64,000 bases of DNA from Oligoflexia bacterium (lineage in GTDB: Bacteria; Bdellovibrionota; UBA1018). The stretch is taken from the NCBI GenBank assembly GCA_903895855.1, contig CAITVN010000089.1, positions 12,757 through 76,756 on the forward strand, in the 5' to 3' direction. A program made the position numbers and the translations under genes. Below the pieces are notes generated by a model that did not search any database, had not been told where the DNA came from, and saw only the letters and a program-made list of their open reading frames with translations. This document shows positions 9,581-18,296 of this stretch, piece after piece. Positions within the stretch are counted from its first letter, which is position 1. Each line of letters starts with the position of its first letter.

Positions 9581-10449
9581 TGTTTTTTCACCTCGGGGGT
9601 GGACACTTGCTCAAATTCTGATCGCTTTACTACCAAGACTTCTTCTAACTTCGTGAAATCAACGGTGGGCCTGACCTCGACATCTTGACTAATACCGAAC
9701 GGTTTTCGCTTCACCTTCGATACGATTCCGACCGGAATGGCTTTTGGGTAGATGCCTCCGAGCCCGCTAGAAATCAATAAGTCGCCCGGCTCAATATCGT
9801 CTGTTCGTAGGGCGAATTTGAGTTGGCAGAGTTCATCAGTCATGCCTTCAACGACCCCGCGAGCTCGCGAACGTTCAACAATGGTGTCGATGGCTGACAA
9901 AAGATCGAGTATAGTGACGACATCGGCGGTGGTTGCAGTCGTACGAAAAACCTTGCCGACGACCCCTTCTGCTGTGATGACAGACATGTTTTTTTGAACG
10001 CCGTGGTTTTCACCCCGGTTGAGTCGAATCGCCCGAAACTCAGTCGAAACGTCTTTCGCGATTACTCGGGCAGTCAATGTCTCTAGGTGGTGCTTCTCTT
10101 CAAACTCTAAAAGTCGCCTCAATCGTACGTTTTCGTGCTGGGTTTCACGAAAATTGGCAATTGAGTTCAGAAGTTTTCGGTTTTCTTCTAAAAGTGCAAG
10201 ATTGTCTTGGCGAGTATGGAGTAGAAATATATAGTTTTGAAACCCAGAAACTACTTGATCAAGTGACCAGGTAATAGCAACTTGTATGGGTGATGTGATA
10301 GCTAGTATGGCTCGATCATAGATGCGCACGGTGCGCGGGGCGCGAGTCGTCACATCGATAGATACGATAGGTATCAGTAGAAACAGGAAGAGAATGATAT
10401 AGAAGCGGTACTGCCGAATGTACTTAATCATCGTTTTGACCTGTATCAC
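9577..10449 (-). CDS. mreC: Rod shape-determining protein MreC
   Basis: N-terminal TM segment, coiled-coil region and C-terminal beta-domain, at the head of the mreCD-mrdA-rodA operon. Confidence 0.85.
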   Translation of the reverse strand: MIQVKTMIKYIRQYRFYIILFLFLLIPIVSIDVTTRAPRTVRIYDRAILAITSPIQVAITWSLDQVVSGFQNYIFLLHTRQDNLALLEENRKLLNSIANFRETQHENVRLRRLLEFEEKHHLETLTARVIAKDVSTEFRAIRLNRGENHGVQKNMSVITAEGVVGKVFRTTATTADVVTILDLLSAIDTIVERSRARGVVEGMTDELCQLKFALRTDDIEPGDLLISSGLGGIYPKAIPVGIVSKVKRKPFGISQDVEVRPTVDFTKLEEVLVVKRSEFEQVSTPEVKKQ

Positions 10450-10478
10450 ATGGTAATGGGTGAGAGAGAGGAAATCAA

Positions 10479-11717
10479 ATGTTCAACGTGCTTCGATCAA
10501 AATTTGGTGCAGTTATTCTTGGGTTGGTTATTGGCTTTATCGGATTCGTCTTTGTGTTCTCGGGGGTTTTCAACCCAAGATCGACTCGGGGGATGCATAC
10601 CGGGGCGGTTGCCGGGTCAGTTAACGGCGAGGCCATCACGCTCACTGAGTTTAACCGAGCATTCACTCAACGGGTCGAGATGTTCAAGTCGTTTGGTGGC
10701 GGCAAGTTGACCGACGAGCAAATCAAGATGTTTCGTTTGAAAGAAAGTGTATTTAAAGATTTGGCGAATCGCAAGTTGACTGAACAATTCGCGGCCAAGT
10801 CTGGCATGGTTGCCTCAGACGAAGAAGTGAAAGACAAGATTCAAGAGATACCGGCCTTTCAAAAAGAAGGTAAGTTTGATGCGGTTCAGTACCATAACGT
10901 CTTGAAGGCCAACAACTACGTAGCTGGTCAGTTCGAAGACATGATGAGAAAAGACATTTCAACGGCCCAGTGGAATGATTTTCTTAAGAATCGGGCAAAA
11001 ATTTCGGTTGCCGAGGTCAAAAGCCAATACCTGAGCGCGCACGACAGAAGAAACATCAAGTTTGTGGCGATTACAACTGAGGCCATTCGCAAGAAGGTGA
11101 ACATTACCTCAGACGAGGCAAAAAAATTCTTAGAAGACAAAGCAAAAGCCAATCTCGTCAAGGCCCAGTTCGAGCAGAAGAAAGACACAGAGTTTAAGGG
11201 TAAGGCTTTTGATCTTGTAAAAGAGCAAATCGCGAAAGACTTGCTGGCAGTCGATAAGAAAGATCAGATTAAGGCGTTGACTGATGAAGTCGCTGCAAGA
11301 GTTCTTGCCGATCTGGGGGCAGATGACAAAGCCGACACTAAACTCAATGACTATCTAAAGGAGTACGGCCTCCAGGTGCGTGTCAGTGGACTGCAGCCAA
11401 GAACGAACAAGTCGCTCAATGGAGTGGGTGAAAGTGGTGAAATTTTCAAAGATGCCTTTGGAGCTGAGAACGCGATTGCCCCAGTTAAAGGTGGTAAAGT
11501 AAAACGTTATCAAATCGGTCTCAATACCGTGATAGCATTAGTGAAAGAAATCGAAGTGGCAGACATTTCGAAACTCACGGCAGAAGAAACTGAAAAAGAA
11601 ATGAAACAACTGAGATCGCGCAAAGAACGAAATTTTTTCGATTCTTGGATGAAACAAATTTCACACAAAGCTTCAATTGACATGAACCCTTCGATTGTCT
11701 CAGACGCTGAGGGGTAA
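10479..11717 (+). CDS. Periplasmic chaperone PpiD/SurA-N-domain-like protein (membrane-anchored)
   Basis: N-terminal TM anchor followed by a long helical K/E-rich domain, like PpiD lacking an obvious PPIase core. Confidence 0.55.
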   Translation: MFNVLRSKFGAVILGLVIGFIGFVFVFSGVFNPRSTRGMHTGAVAGSVNGEAITLTEFNRAFTQRVEMFKSFGGGKLTDEQIKMFRLKESVFKDLANRKLTEQFAAKSGMVASDEEVKDKIQEIPAFQKEGKFDAVQYHNVLKANNYVAGQFEDMMRKDISTAQWNDFLKNRAKISVAEVKSQYLSAHDRRNIKFVAITTEAIRKKVNITSDEAKKFLEDKAKANLVKAQFEQKKDTEFKGKAFDLVKEQIAKDLLAVDKKDQIKALTDEVAARVLADLGADDKADTKLNDYLKEYGLQVRVSGLQPRTNKSLNGVGESGEIFKDAFGAENAIAPVKGGKVKRYQIGLNTVIALVKEIEVADISKLTAEETEKEMKQLRSRKERNFFDSWMKQISHKASIDMNPSIVSDAEG

Positions 11718-11770
11718 CCCCATCCAGTTCTGTTTTGGTTTATTGGGATCGAGATGAGTGTGGGTGATTT

Positions 11771-12856
11771 GTGACGTTTCGAGAGAAGTTTTCTGAGCTT
11801 GCGGCTGAGCAGTTCTTGTACCAACCCGGTGCCCTCAATGCGATCACCGATGTGCCGGGGGTACAGGTTGGTCATCTCACGCTCAGTGATCCGAGTCAGA
11901 AAATCGCTACGGGAGTGACTGCGATTTGGCCGAATCGCGATATTTACCAAAAGCGCTACTTTGCTGGCGGTCACGTGTTGCACGGCACGGGCGAGATGAC
12001 TGGGCTTCTTCAGGTTCAAGAGTGGGGCGTGATTGAAACGCCGATAGTGCTTTGTCCGTCGCTTATGGTGGGGCGGGCACATTCAGCGATCGTGCGGCTC
12101 ATGTGCGATGAGAACCCCGGGATTGGAGCTGACGAAGACGTCGTTTTGCCGGTTGTGGCCGAATGTGATGATAGTTTTCTCAATAGTGCTCGAAACTTCG
12201 TGATCACTGAAGATCAGATCGTTCAAACGCTCAAAAAGTGCACGGGGTCGGACTCAGAAAAAATTCTGCAAGGATCAGTCGGCGCGGGTACTGGCATGAT
12301 TGCTTTTGACTACAAAGGTGGAATTGGCACCGCTTCAAGGCGGGTGAAAGTCGCAGGCAAGGCCGCGAGCGAACTCGCCGGCAAAACCGACGAGCGCGAA
12401 TTTATCGTCGGAGCGCTCTTGAATGCCAATTTTGGGTTTGCCAGGCAACTCAGAGTCGCCGGGCAACGTGTTGGCTTGGGTGCAAGCGTTGACCGTGGCA
12501 CTGGTGCCAGAGGATTGCCGCTTGAGCTGAAAAAGTTTGCCGGAAGGCCAATCACCAAAGAGCGCAGTGTGATTGTCGTGCTGGCAACGAATGCCCCACT
12601 GCGGCCTGATCAGATTCGTAGACTCTGCGTGCGGGCAACTCTAGCTTTAGGCCGGGTCGGTAGTTTCGCCGGACACGGTTCAGGCGAAATCGTGATCGGA
12701 TTTTCGACGGCGAATTCAAATCAGCGGGTAAAAGCTGATGAAGCGCCAGTTAGCGTCACTCATGAATTCTTACACGATTCTCATTTGAATTCATTTTATG
12801 AAGCCACCGTCGAAGCGGTTGAAGAGGCCGTTTACAACGCCCTTTTTAGTCAGTGA
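11771..12856 (+). CDS. DmpA/ArgJ-like L-aminopeptidase (peptidase S58/P1 family)
   Basis: The N-terminus GALNAITDVPGVQVGHLTL...GVTAIWPN matches the DmpA-family signature. Confidence 0.7.
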   Translation: MTFREKFSELAAEQFLYQPGALNAITDVPGVQVGHLTLSDPSQKIATGVTAIWPNRDIYQKRYFAGGHVLHGTGEMTGLLQVQEWGVIETPIVLCPSLMVGRAHSAIVRLMCDENPGIGADEDVVLPVVAECDDSFLNSARNFVITEDQIVQTLKKCTGSDSEKILQGSVGAGTGMIAFDYKGGIGTASRRVKVAGKAASELAGKTDEREFIVGALLNANFGFARQLRVAGQRVGLGASVDRGTGARGLPLELKKFAGRPITKERSVIVVLATNAPLRPDQIRRLCVRATLALGRVGSFAGHGSGEIVIGFSTANSNQRVKADEAPVSVTHEFLHDSHLNSFYEATVEAVEEAVYNALFSQ

Positions 12857-13128
12857 ATTTTTCAAAACGATTAGCCCCTCGTCCAGAGTTTCGAGTTGAT
12901 GGAGCCTTCGAAGATGGTTTAATTTTATTAAATAATGGCAATGTAGTTTACTCTTCACAAGTGATGGTGACTCAACCTGCTTACAACCGGGTGATGAGAC
13001 CTGGTTTTCGGTATCGTCCGATGGCTCCAGGGTACGTGCGACCTTCGCGCTACGTGCCTTATCTTTCGCCGTACCCAATCAATGGCCAATTGCGCCCTGT
13101 TCGACCTCGGCCTCACTTTGGCTGGTAA
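12853..13128 (+). CDS. Possible small Arg/Pro/Tyr-rich protein with a GTG start overlapping the dmpA stop (GTGA)
   Basis: 91-aa ORF in the 256-bp spacer between convergent genes. Its composition is odd and no homology is recognised. Confidence 0.2.
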   Translation: MNFSKRLAPRPEFRVDGAFEDGLILLNNGNVVYSSQVMVTQPAYNRVMRPGFRYRPMAPGYVRPSRYVPYLSPYPINGQLRPVRPRPHFGW

Positions 13129-13844
13129 AATCTTGCTTTGCTGTTTTTCACCGAGCGAAAGCGTTTTTGCGATGCCAGCCAATGACTGATATCGAGTTGC
13201 GCTTGCCTTCGCGTAACCCAGCCTTCGCAGGCGTTGATGTAGTCTGTCGTCGTAAATCGATCATTTTTAGCAACGAGGGCTTTGAGTTGAATGAATCGAT
13301 TTTCGGTTGAGACTAGAGTAATTTTCGCCTCAAATCGGTTGGCTTTATTAATCATGAGGTCATGACTGAGGTAACCCCAATCTTGGTACCAGATCAGAGT
13401 GTGTTCAGCTTCAGCCCTTGCTATGGGGCCAGCAAAACTCTGCGTACCGATAAAAAAAAGCTCGCCATTGGCTGGTTTTACTCCAAAGAGAGCTGCTTTT
13501 TTCCAAAAGTCAAAAAGTTTTTTTTCTGACTTTTTTAGGCATTCGACTCTAGGAGTTAAAAACTGTACGTGTTCTAGTATGACTCCAAGAATCGCTGGCC
13601 ACGGTTGCTTGCTGATTTGATTGTTGAGGTTAACTCCGTTGATCCGTTTCCAGTTTCGGCTCAAGTAGTCTATGAGAATTTCGCCCAGCCGCGCGTCAAA
13701 CCTCGTCCATTGTGACCAGACGGCGAGTTCAGAACACTTGATTCTTGATGCGCGATCTTTTTTTTTGGCCATTAGTGCCGCTTGTAGCCTCGAGTAGGCG
13801 CCTGTTAGCGACGATTCATTGGGTATGTCGAGCAATCCTTTCAT
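13113..13844 (-). CDS. Hypothetical 243-aa protein, downstream partner of the nucleotidyltransferase-fold gene (single weak Rx4H HEPN-like motif)
   Basis: Its start lies 2 nt after the stop of the upstream NTase gene on the same strand. It contains ARAEAEH. No other recognisable domain. Confidence 0.55.
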   Translation of the reverse strand: MKGLLDIPNESSLTGAYSRLQAALMAKKKDRASRIKCSELAVWSQWTRFDARLGEILIDYLSRNWKRINGVNLNNQISKQPWPAILGVILEHVQFLTPRVECLKKSEKKLFDFWKKAALFGVKPANGELFFIGTQSFAGPIARAEAEHTLIWYQDWGYLSHDLMINKANRFEAKITLVSTENRFIQLKALVAKNDRFTTTDYINACEGWVTRRQAQLDISHWLASQKRFRSVKNSKARFYQPK

Positions 13845-13846
13845 TT

Positions 13847-14377
13847 TTACTCGCCATCTACTTGGTCGAGAATGTCTTGCAAAAAATCAAGGGCTTCGGT
13901 TGCATGCCGAATTTTCTTTTTCTCTAATTCTTGGATTCTTGCCTCTACAGCCTCGATGTCGACGCCAGCTCTTACTAGTGCTTTCGCGTGAGGAATATCT
14001 TTTTGACGATGAGCAAAACACTTCATAATGAGCATTTCTTGTCGGCTAAGGGCTTCAACTTTTAGGTGGTTCCCTGAAAAGACGGTGATCAAGCGAGAGC
14101 CGTAGTCGCCTGGCAGCGTGTGTGAAAAAGTTGAATAATAGGGATTGATCCAGTCATAGGGTAAATTGAGTTCTTTCGCGAGTTTTTTTACCAGTGGGTC
14201 TAGTTCATTGATTTCAATTCCCTTGGGAATGGCATCGATGTCTGTCGTACCTTTTGGAAAACCGTGAGCTAAAATCATAGCCCCGCCGCCGCCCATGATT
14301 AAAGTGACTGGTCGATCCAAAATTTGATCGAGTCGAGTCAGTGCATTTTTCATGATCTCTAGAGTGAGTGGTCCCAT
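13847..14377 (-). CDS. Minimal nucleotidyltransferase-fold protein (AbiEii/DUF6036/MNT-like)
   Basis: Pol-beta superfamily signature LIMGGGGAMILAHGFPKGTTDIDAI (hGG..A...G[x6-8]DhD). 176 aa. Confidence 0.6.
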   Translation of the reverse strand: MGPLTLEIMKNALTRLDQILDRPVTLIMGGGGAMILAHGFPKGTTDIDAIPKGIEINELDPLVKKLAKELNLPYDWINPYYSTFSHTLPGDYGSRLITVFSGNHLKVEALSRQEMLIMKCFAHRQKDIPHAKALVRAGVDIEAVEARIQELEKKKIRHATEALDFLQDILDQVDGE

Positions 14378-14399
14378 GGGGTTTTATTGCTCCTCAGGT

Positions 14400-14432
14400 C
14401 TATATTACGAAATTACTCAGTATTTCGCAAAA
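14400..14432 (-). promoter_or_regulatory. Putative sigma70 promoter (TTGCGA-N17-TAATAT) with an embedded inverted repeat CGAAAT-N8-ATTTCG, then RBS GAGGAG before the NTase gene
   Basis: On the minus strand, -35 is at 14425-14430 and -10 at 14402-14407. The palindrome at 14408-14427 sits in the spacer. GAGGAG lies 8 nt upstream of the ATG at 14377. Confidence 0.35.
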
Positions 14433-14477
14433 AATAAAAAAACTCATAAAAATCAAGTAGATATTGGTCTATTGTTC

Positions 14478-15290
14478 TTAAATTGCCTGTCGTTTTTCTC
14501 TGATCGCTTCAAAAAAATCAGCGATCAAGATAGCGCTTGGAAAAAGCGTCTGGTCATTGTCGTCTTGAAATTCTGGGTGCCACTGCACGCCCATGGCATA
14601 GCATGGAGAGTCTTGAAGGCGAATGGCCTCGATGATGCCATCACTAGGTGAACGGGCTTCTACGATAAGGCCTTTCCCGAGCTCTTTAATACCCTGATGG
14701 TGAACCGTATTGATGCGAAACTTTTTGCGAAGCGGCGACACTTTTTTCGCTAAGGTTTCTAGGTAAGTTCCGGGCAAAATATCGAGGTCATGAAAAAGCT
14801 GATCGTAAATTTCGCCGTCCCGATGCACGAGTGAGCCCGGTACTTGCGTGTTGATGTCTTGGTACATCGTGCCACCTAAGGCGACGTTCAAAACTTGTGA
14901 ACCGCGGCAAATGCCGAGTAGTGGTTTTTTGAGTTCTAGGCATTTATTGACTATGGCGATTTCGTAGCGGTCGCGTACGGCATCGCCCGCCCATTCGGGT
15001 TTTATGGCGGTTTCGCCATAAGTTTCGGGGGCTACGTCAGCGCCACCATGCAAGATGACCCCATCTAAGTCGCTGATGATTTCACCTAGTATTTGGTTTT
15101 GGTCTGCGAGTGAAGCATTGAGTGGCACACTAGGAATGAGGTAAGCCAGTGCACCTGACCTCAAAACCCAATGTGCCATTGATTGTTCAATGTAAAGAAG
15201 AGTCTTTTTCTTAAAAAAAGTTCGAGCGCGATCAGGATGTGCAAAACAAGCTGAAATGCCGATTCGAAGTTTTTTCATAGTCTTCTTCAC
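14478..15290 (-). CDS. Class I glutamine amidotransferase-like gamma-glutamyl hydrolase (peptidase C26, PuuD-like)
   Basis: GICRGSQ nucleophile elbow and a downstream HH pair, as in the PuuD / gamma-glutamyl-GABA hydrolase family. Confidence 0.75.
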   Translation of the reverse strand: MKKTMKKLRIGISACFAHPDRARTFFKKKTLLYIEQSMAHWVLRSGALAYLIPSVPLNASLADQNQILGEIISDLDGVILHGGADVAPETYGETAIKPEWAGDAVRDRYEIAIVNKCLELKKPLLGICRGSQVLNVALGGTMYQDINTQVPGSLVHRDGEIYDQLFHDLDILPGTYLETLAKKVSPLRKKFRINTVHHQGIKELGKGLIVEARSPSDGIIEAIRLQDSPCYAMGVQWHPEFQDDNDQTLFPSAILIADFFEAIREKRQAI

Positions 15291-15343
15291 ATTTCTAAAT
15301 TACCGTTTTTCTCGGTTCGTCGACTTCAATGTGGCGATATTCG

Positions 15344-16486
15344 CTAGAGGGCTTCAGCAAAAATTCGCTTGAAGTCTTCGGCACTCACAGTAACTGGGTT
15401 GTTCATGTGGCAAGAGTCTTTGGTTGCCACTTCTACTAGCGCAGCGAGGCTTTCTTTCTTCACTCCAGCACCTGAAAGTTTGGCCGGAATTGAAAGTTCA
15501 CTTTTCAACGAGCCTAACCATTGAATGAAGCCGTTTGGAGTTTCGTCTTTTAAGCGAATCGCTCGAGCCATCGTGATAAAACGATCTTTTGAGACGTTGA
15601 TGTTATGCTTAAGGGCGTGGTCGATCATGATGCCGTTGGCAAGGCCGTGGTGCATATCGACGACAGTGCCTAGTGCGTGTGCGCAAGAGTGCACAATGCC
15701 TAAGCCTTTTTGAAAGGCAATGGCGCCCATCATTGAGGACATGAGCATGCCTGTTCTGGCTTCAATATTTTTTGGCGAGCGAACAGCATTGACCAAGTGT
15801 TCTGCCGCAAGCCTGACACCTTCTAGTGCGATACCATCACAAAGTGGGTGATAGTTCTTTGCAAGGTAGGCTTCAACGTTGTGAGTGAGAGCGTCTAAGC
15901 CAGTGGCAGCCGTGATCGGTGCCGGCAAGTCAAACGTCAGTTCTGGGTCAGCAAAGACCGCTTTGGCAAGCAGTTTTGGTGAAAAAATGATCTTCTTAAT
16001 GTGCGTTTTGTCATCAGAAATGACTGCACTTCGGCCTACTTCGCTACCTGTTCCTGCCGTGGTTGGAAGCGCGATCCAGTAAGGCACGGCTTGATCAAAT
16101 GGGCGTGCGCCCGGAAGGTCGTCTTCGTAATCGAAAAGATCACCCGGGTGATTAACCATCGTGATGATGGCTTTAGCGACGTCAAGCGCGGCTCCGCCGC
16201 CAATGCCAACCACACAATCGGCGCGGTGTGAGCGAAAGGCTTCAACGCCCGCCATGACTTGCGACTTGACCGGGTTGCCCCAGATTTCTGAAAAACTAGC
16301 CGGTTCGAGAGATCCCGATTTAGCGTCTGAGAGAAGTGACTGATACCACCCGAGTTTAGCAACGCCGCGGTCAGTAACGTAGAGAGGTTTTTTGAAACCG
16401 TTTGATTTCAGGTGTTCGACCACTTGTGAGCGAACGCCCGCGCCTAGGAAAATTTGGGTTGGAAAACTAAATCGCGAAATGCTCAT
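15344..16486 (-). CDS. Iron-containing (group III) alcohol dehydrogenase
   Basis: GGGAALD glycine-rich NAD motif and His-rich metal site (HSCAHALG...HHGLANG). The start is taken at the internal M (MSISRF). Confidence 0.8.
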   Translation of the reverse strand: MSISRFSFPTQIFLGAGVRSQVVEHLKSNGFKKPLYVTDRGVAKLGWYQSLLSDAKSGSLEPASFSEIWGNPVKSQVMAGVEAFRSHRADCVVGIGGGAALDVAKAIITMVNHPGDLFDYEDDLPGARPFDQAVPYWIALPTTAGTGSEVGRSAVISDDKTHIKKIIFSPKLLAKAVFADPELTFDLPAPITAATGLDALTHNVEAYLAKNYHPLCDGIALEGVRLAAEHLVNAVRSPKNIEARTGMLMSSMMGAIAFQKGLGIVHSCAHALGTVVDMHHGLANGIMIDHALKHNINVSKDRFITMARAIRLKDETPNGFIQWLGSLKSELSIPAKLSGAGVKKESLAALVEVATKDSCHMNNPVTVSAEDFKRIFAEAL

Positions 16487-16537
16487 TTTTTCTGCTCCTT
16501 TTAAAAGCCTATTTCTCACTAGGCCAGATTGTTAAAA

Positions 16538-17983
16538 CTAAATGATTTCAAAATAACGTTCTAGCTCCCACTGAGTGACAGAGTCTTGAAATTGTCTCCA
16601 CTCCCATTCGCGGGTTTTTACAAAGTGATCTACAAATGTTGATCCTAAGATTTCGTGTACGACCTTCGATTGTGAAAGCCTTGCCGTTGCATCTTGTAAA
16701 GACCGCGGTAATCTTTCAGACGTCTCGTCGTGATAAGCGCTACCCACGATCGGATTCGTGGTTAATTTTAGCCTTTTTTCAATTCCGTACAGGCCTGCCG
16801 CCAAGCAAGCTGCCATCGATAAATAAGGATTCACATCAGAACCCGGCACTCTGGTTTCAAGGCGAGTTGATTTCGAGCTACCCGGAATGACCCGACAAGC
16901 GACCGTGCGGTTGTCGACTCCCCAAGTGGTTTTCGTTGGTGCCCAAAAACCATCGACGAGTCGTTTGTAGCTATTCACCGTCGGGGCTAATAGCGGTAAA
17001 ATCTCGGGCAGTAACGCGAGTTGCCCAGCTAGGTAGCTTTCAAAAATAGGGCTCATGTGTGCTGATGGCACTTTGCCGCCTTTTTCGCTGTAAAAAAGGT
17101 TTTTCGCGCCATCGTCCTTGGTAGTGTCTGATGACCAAAGACTTTGGTGCAAGTGCCCGCTGCAGCCAGGTAGTTTTGCATTCCATTTGGCCATGAAGCT
17201 CGGAAGAATTCCAAATCGCCGACCAATTTCTTTGGTGGCCGTTTTAAATAGAACTGCGCGGTCTGCAGCTTCGAGTGCTTCAGAATAGAGTATGGCAGCC
17301 TCGAAAACTCCAGGGCCTGTTTCAGTGTGTAGGCCTTCAACCGGAATGCGAAATGCATTCATTTCGTCCATCAACGCCGCAAAAAATGGCTGATTTGCCG
17401 CAGTCCTAATAATCGAGTAACCAAACATGCCTGGGGTGAGCGGCGTGGGTGAGTGGTAGCCTTTTGCCGCCCACGACTCAGAGGTTTCTTTGAAATTAAA
17501 CCATTCGTACTCCATGCCAACCATCGGCTTGAAGTTCATCGAAGTCGCTTTTGCGAGAACTTGTTTCAGTAATTGGCGTGGGCAAACTTCAAGGGGGTTT
17601 TTATCGGCGTCAACAAAATCGGCTAAGAAAAAAGGGACCGAGTTATCCCAAGGCACTTCACGGTAAGTCGCTAGGTCGATCATTGCGGTGGCGTCAGGAT
17701 AGCCCGAATGCCAACCTGTGTAATGCCCGTTATCGTAACAGACGTCAGCACTATCCCAGCCAAAAACCACGTTGCAAAAGCCAAATCCGGTACTTAAAGC
17801 TGAAAGAAATTTTTCTTTTCTCAGGTATTTACCGCGGAGAACGCCGTCAATGTCGGTCACCGCAACTTTGATTTTTTCATGGGGCGAGTTCTTAATGAGT
17901 TGAATTATCTTCTCATCGTCGCCATTGGTTTCACGTTTTTGGGTTGGCCTTAGTGAATTTACTTTTGCCTGCTTTTTAGCCAT
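16538..17983 (-). CDS. Glutamine synthetase family protein (GS-like gamma-glutamyl-amine ligase, PuuA-like)
   Basis: GS catalytic-domain motifs (EYEWF, GLH.ET, NPY...). The start is taken at MAKKQAK. The ORF table extends 27 codons further upstream. Confidence 0.8.
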   Translation of the reverse strand: MAKKQAKVNSLRPTQKRETNGDDEKIIQLIKNSPHEKIKVAVTDIDGVLRGKYLRKEKFLSALSTGFGFCNVVFGWDSADVCYDNGHYTGWHSGYPDATAMIDLATYREVPWDNSVPFFLADFVDADKNPLEVCPRQLLKQVLAKATSMNFKPMVGMEYEWFNFKETSESWAAKGYHSPTPLTPGMFGYSIIRTAANQPFFAALMDEMNAFRIPVEGLHTETGPGVFEAAILYSEALEAADRAVLFKTATKEIGRRFGILPSFMAKWNAKLPGCSGHLHQSLWSSDTTKDDGAKNLFYSEKGGKVPSAHMSPIFESYLAGQLALLPEILPLLAPTVNSYKRLVDGFWAPTKTTWGVDNRTVACRVIPGSSKSTRLETRVPGSDVNPYLSMAACLAAGLYGIEKRLKLTTNPIVGSAYHDETSERLPRSLQDATARLSQSKVVHEILGSTFVDHFVKTREWEWRQFQDSVTQWELERYFEII

Positions 17984-18296
17984 TGTGTCTATATTGCCCT
18001 TTAAAGTGTTCAAGTTTTGATTAGCTAGATCAAACCAGATGAAAGCCCCACAGACAACCTCCAAATAGTTGAAATAGTCATTTTTGATACAGCTTTTGCT
18101 TAGGAGTTAGGCAAGATAGAGTAAAGATTAAAGGAAGTGGTCGTATTTTTGATCGCTACCGCGATTTCAGGATGTGTTGACAGTGAAATGAGTTGGCAGA
18201 GTACGACCTTAGAAGCGGCTGCAATTGTGTCTACAACAATAGCGACAGTGTAAACAGTCAAAACGAAGATTTCATTGAGGGTCTAGGTGATGGCCG

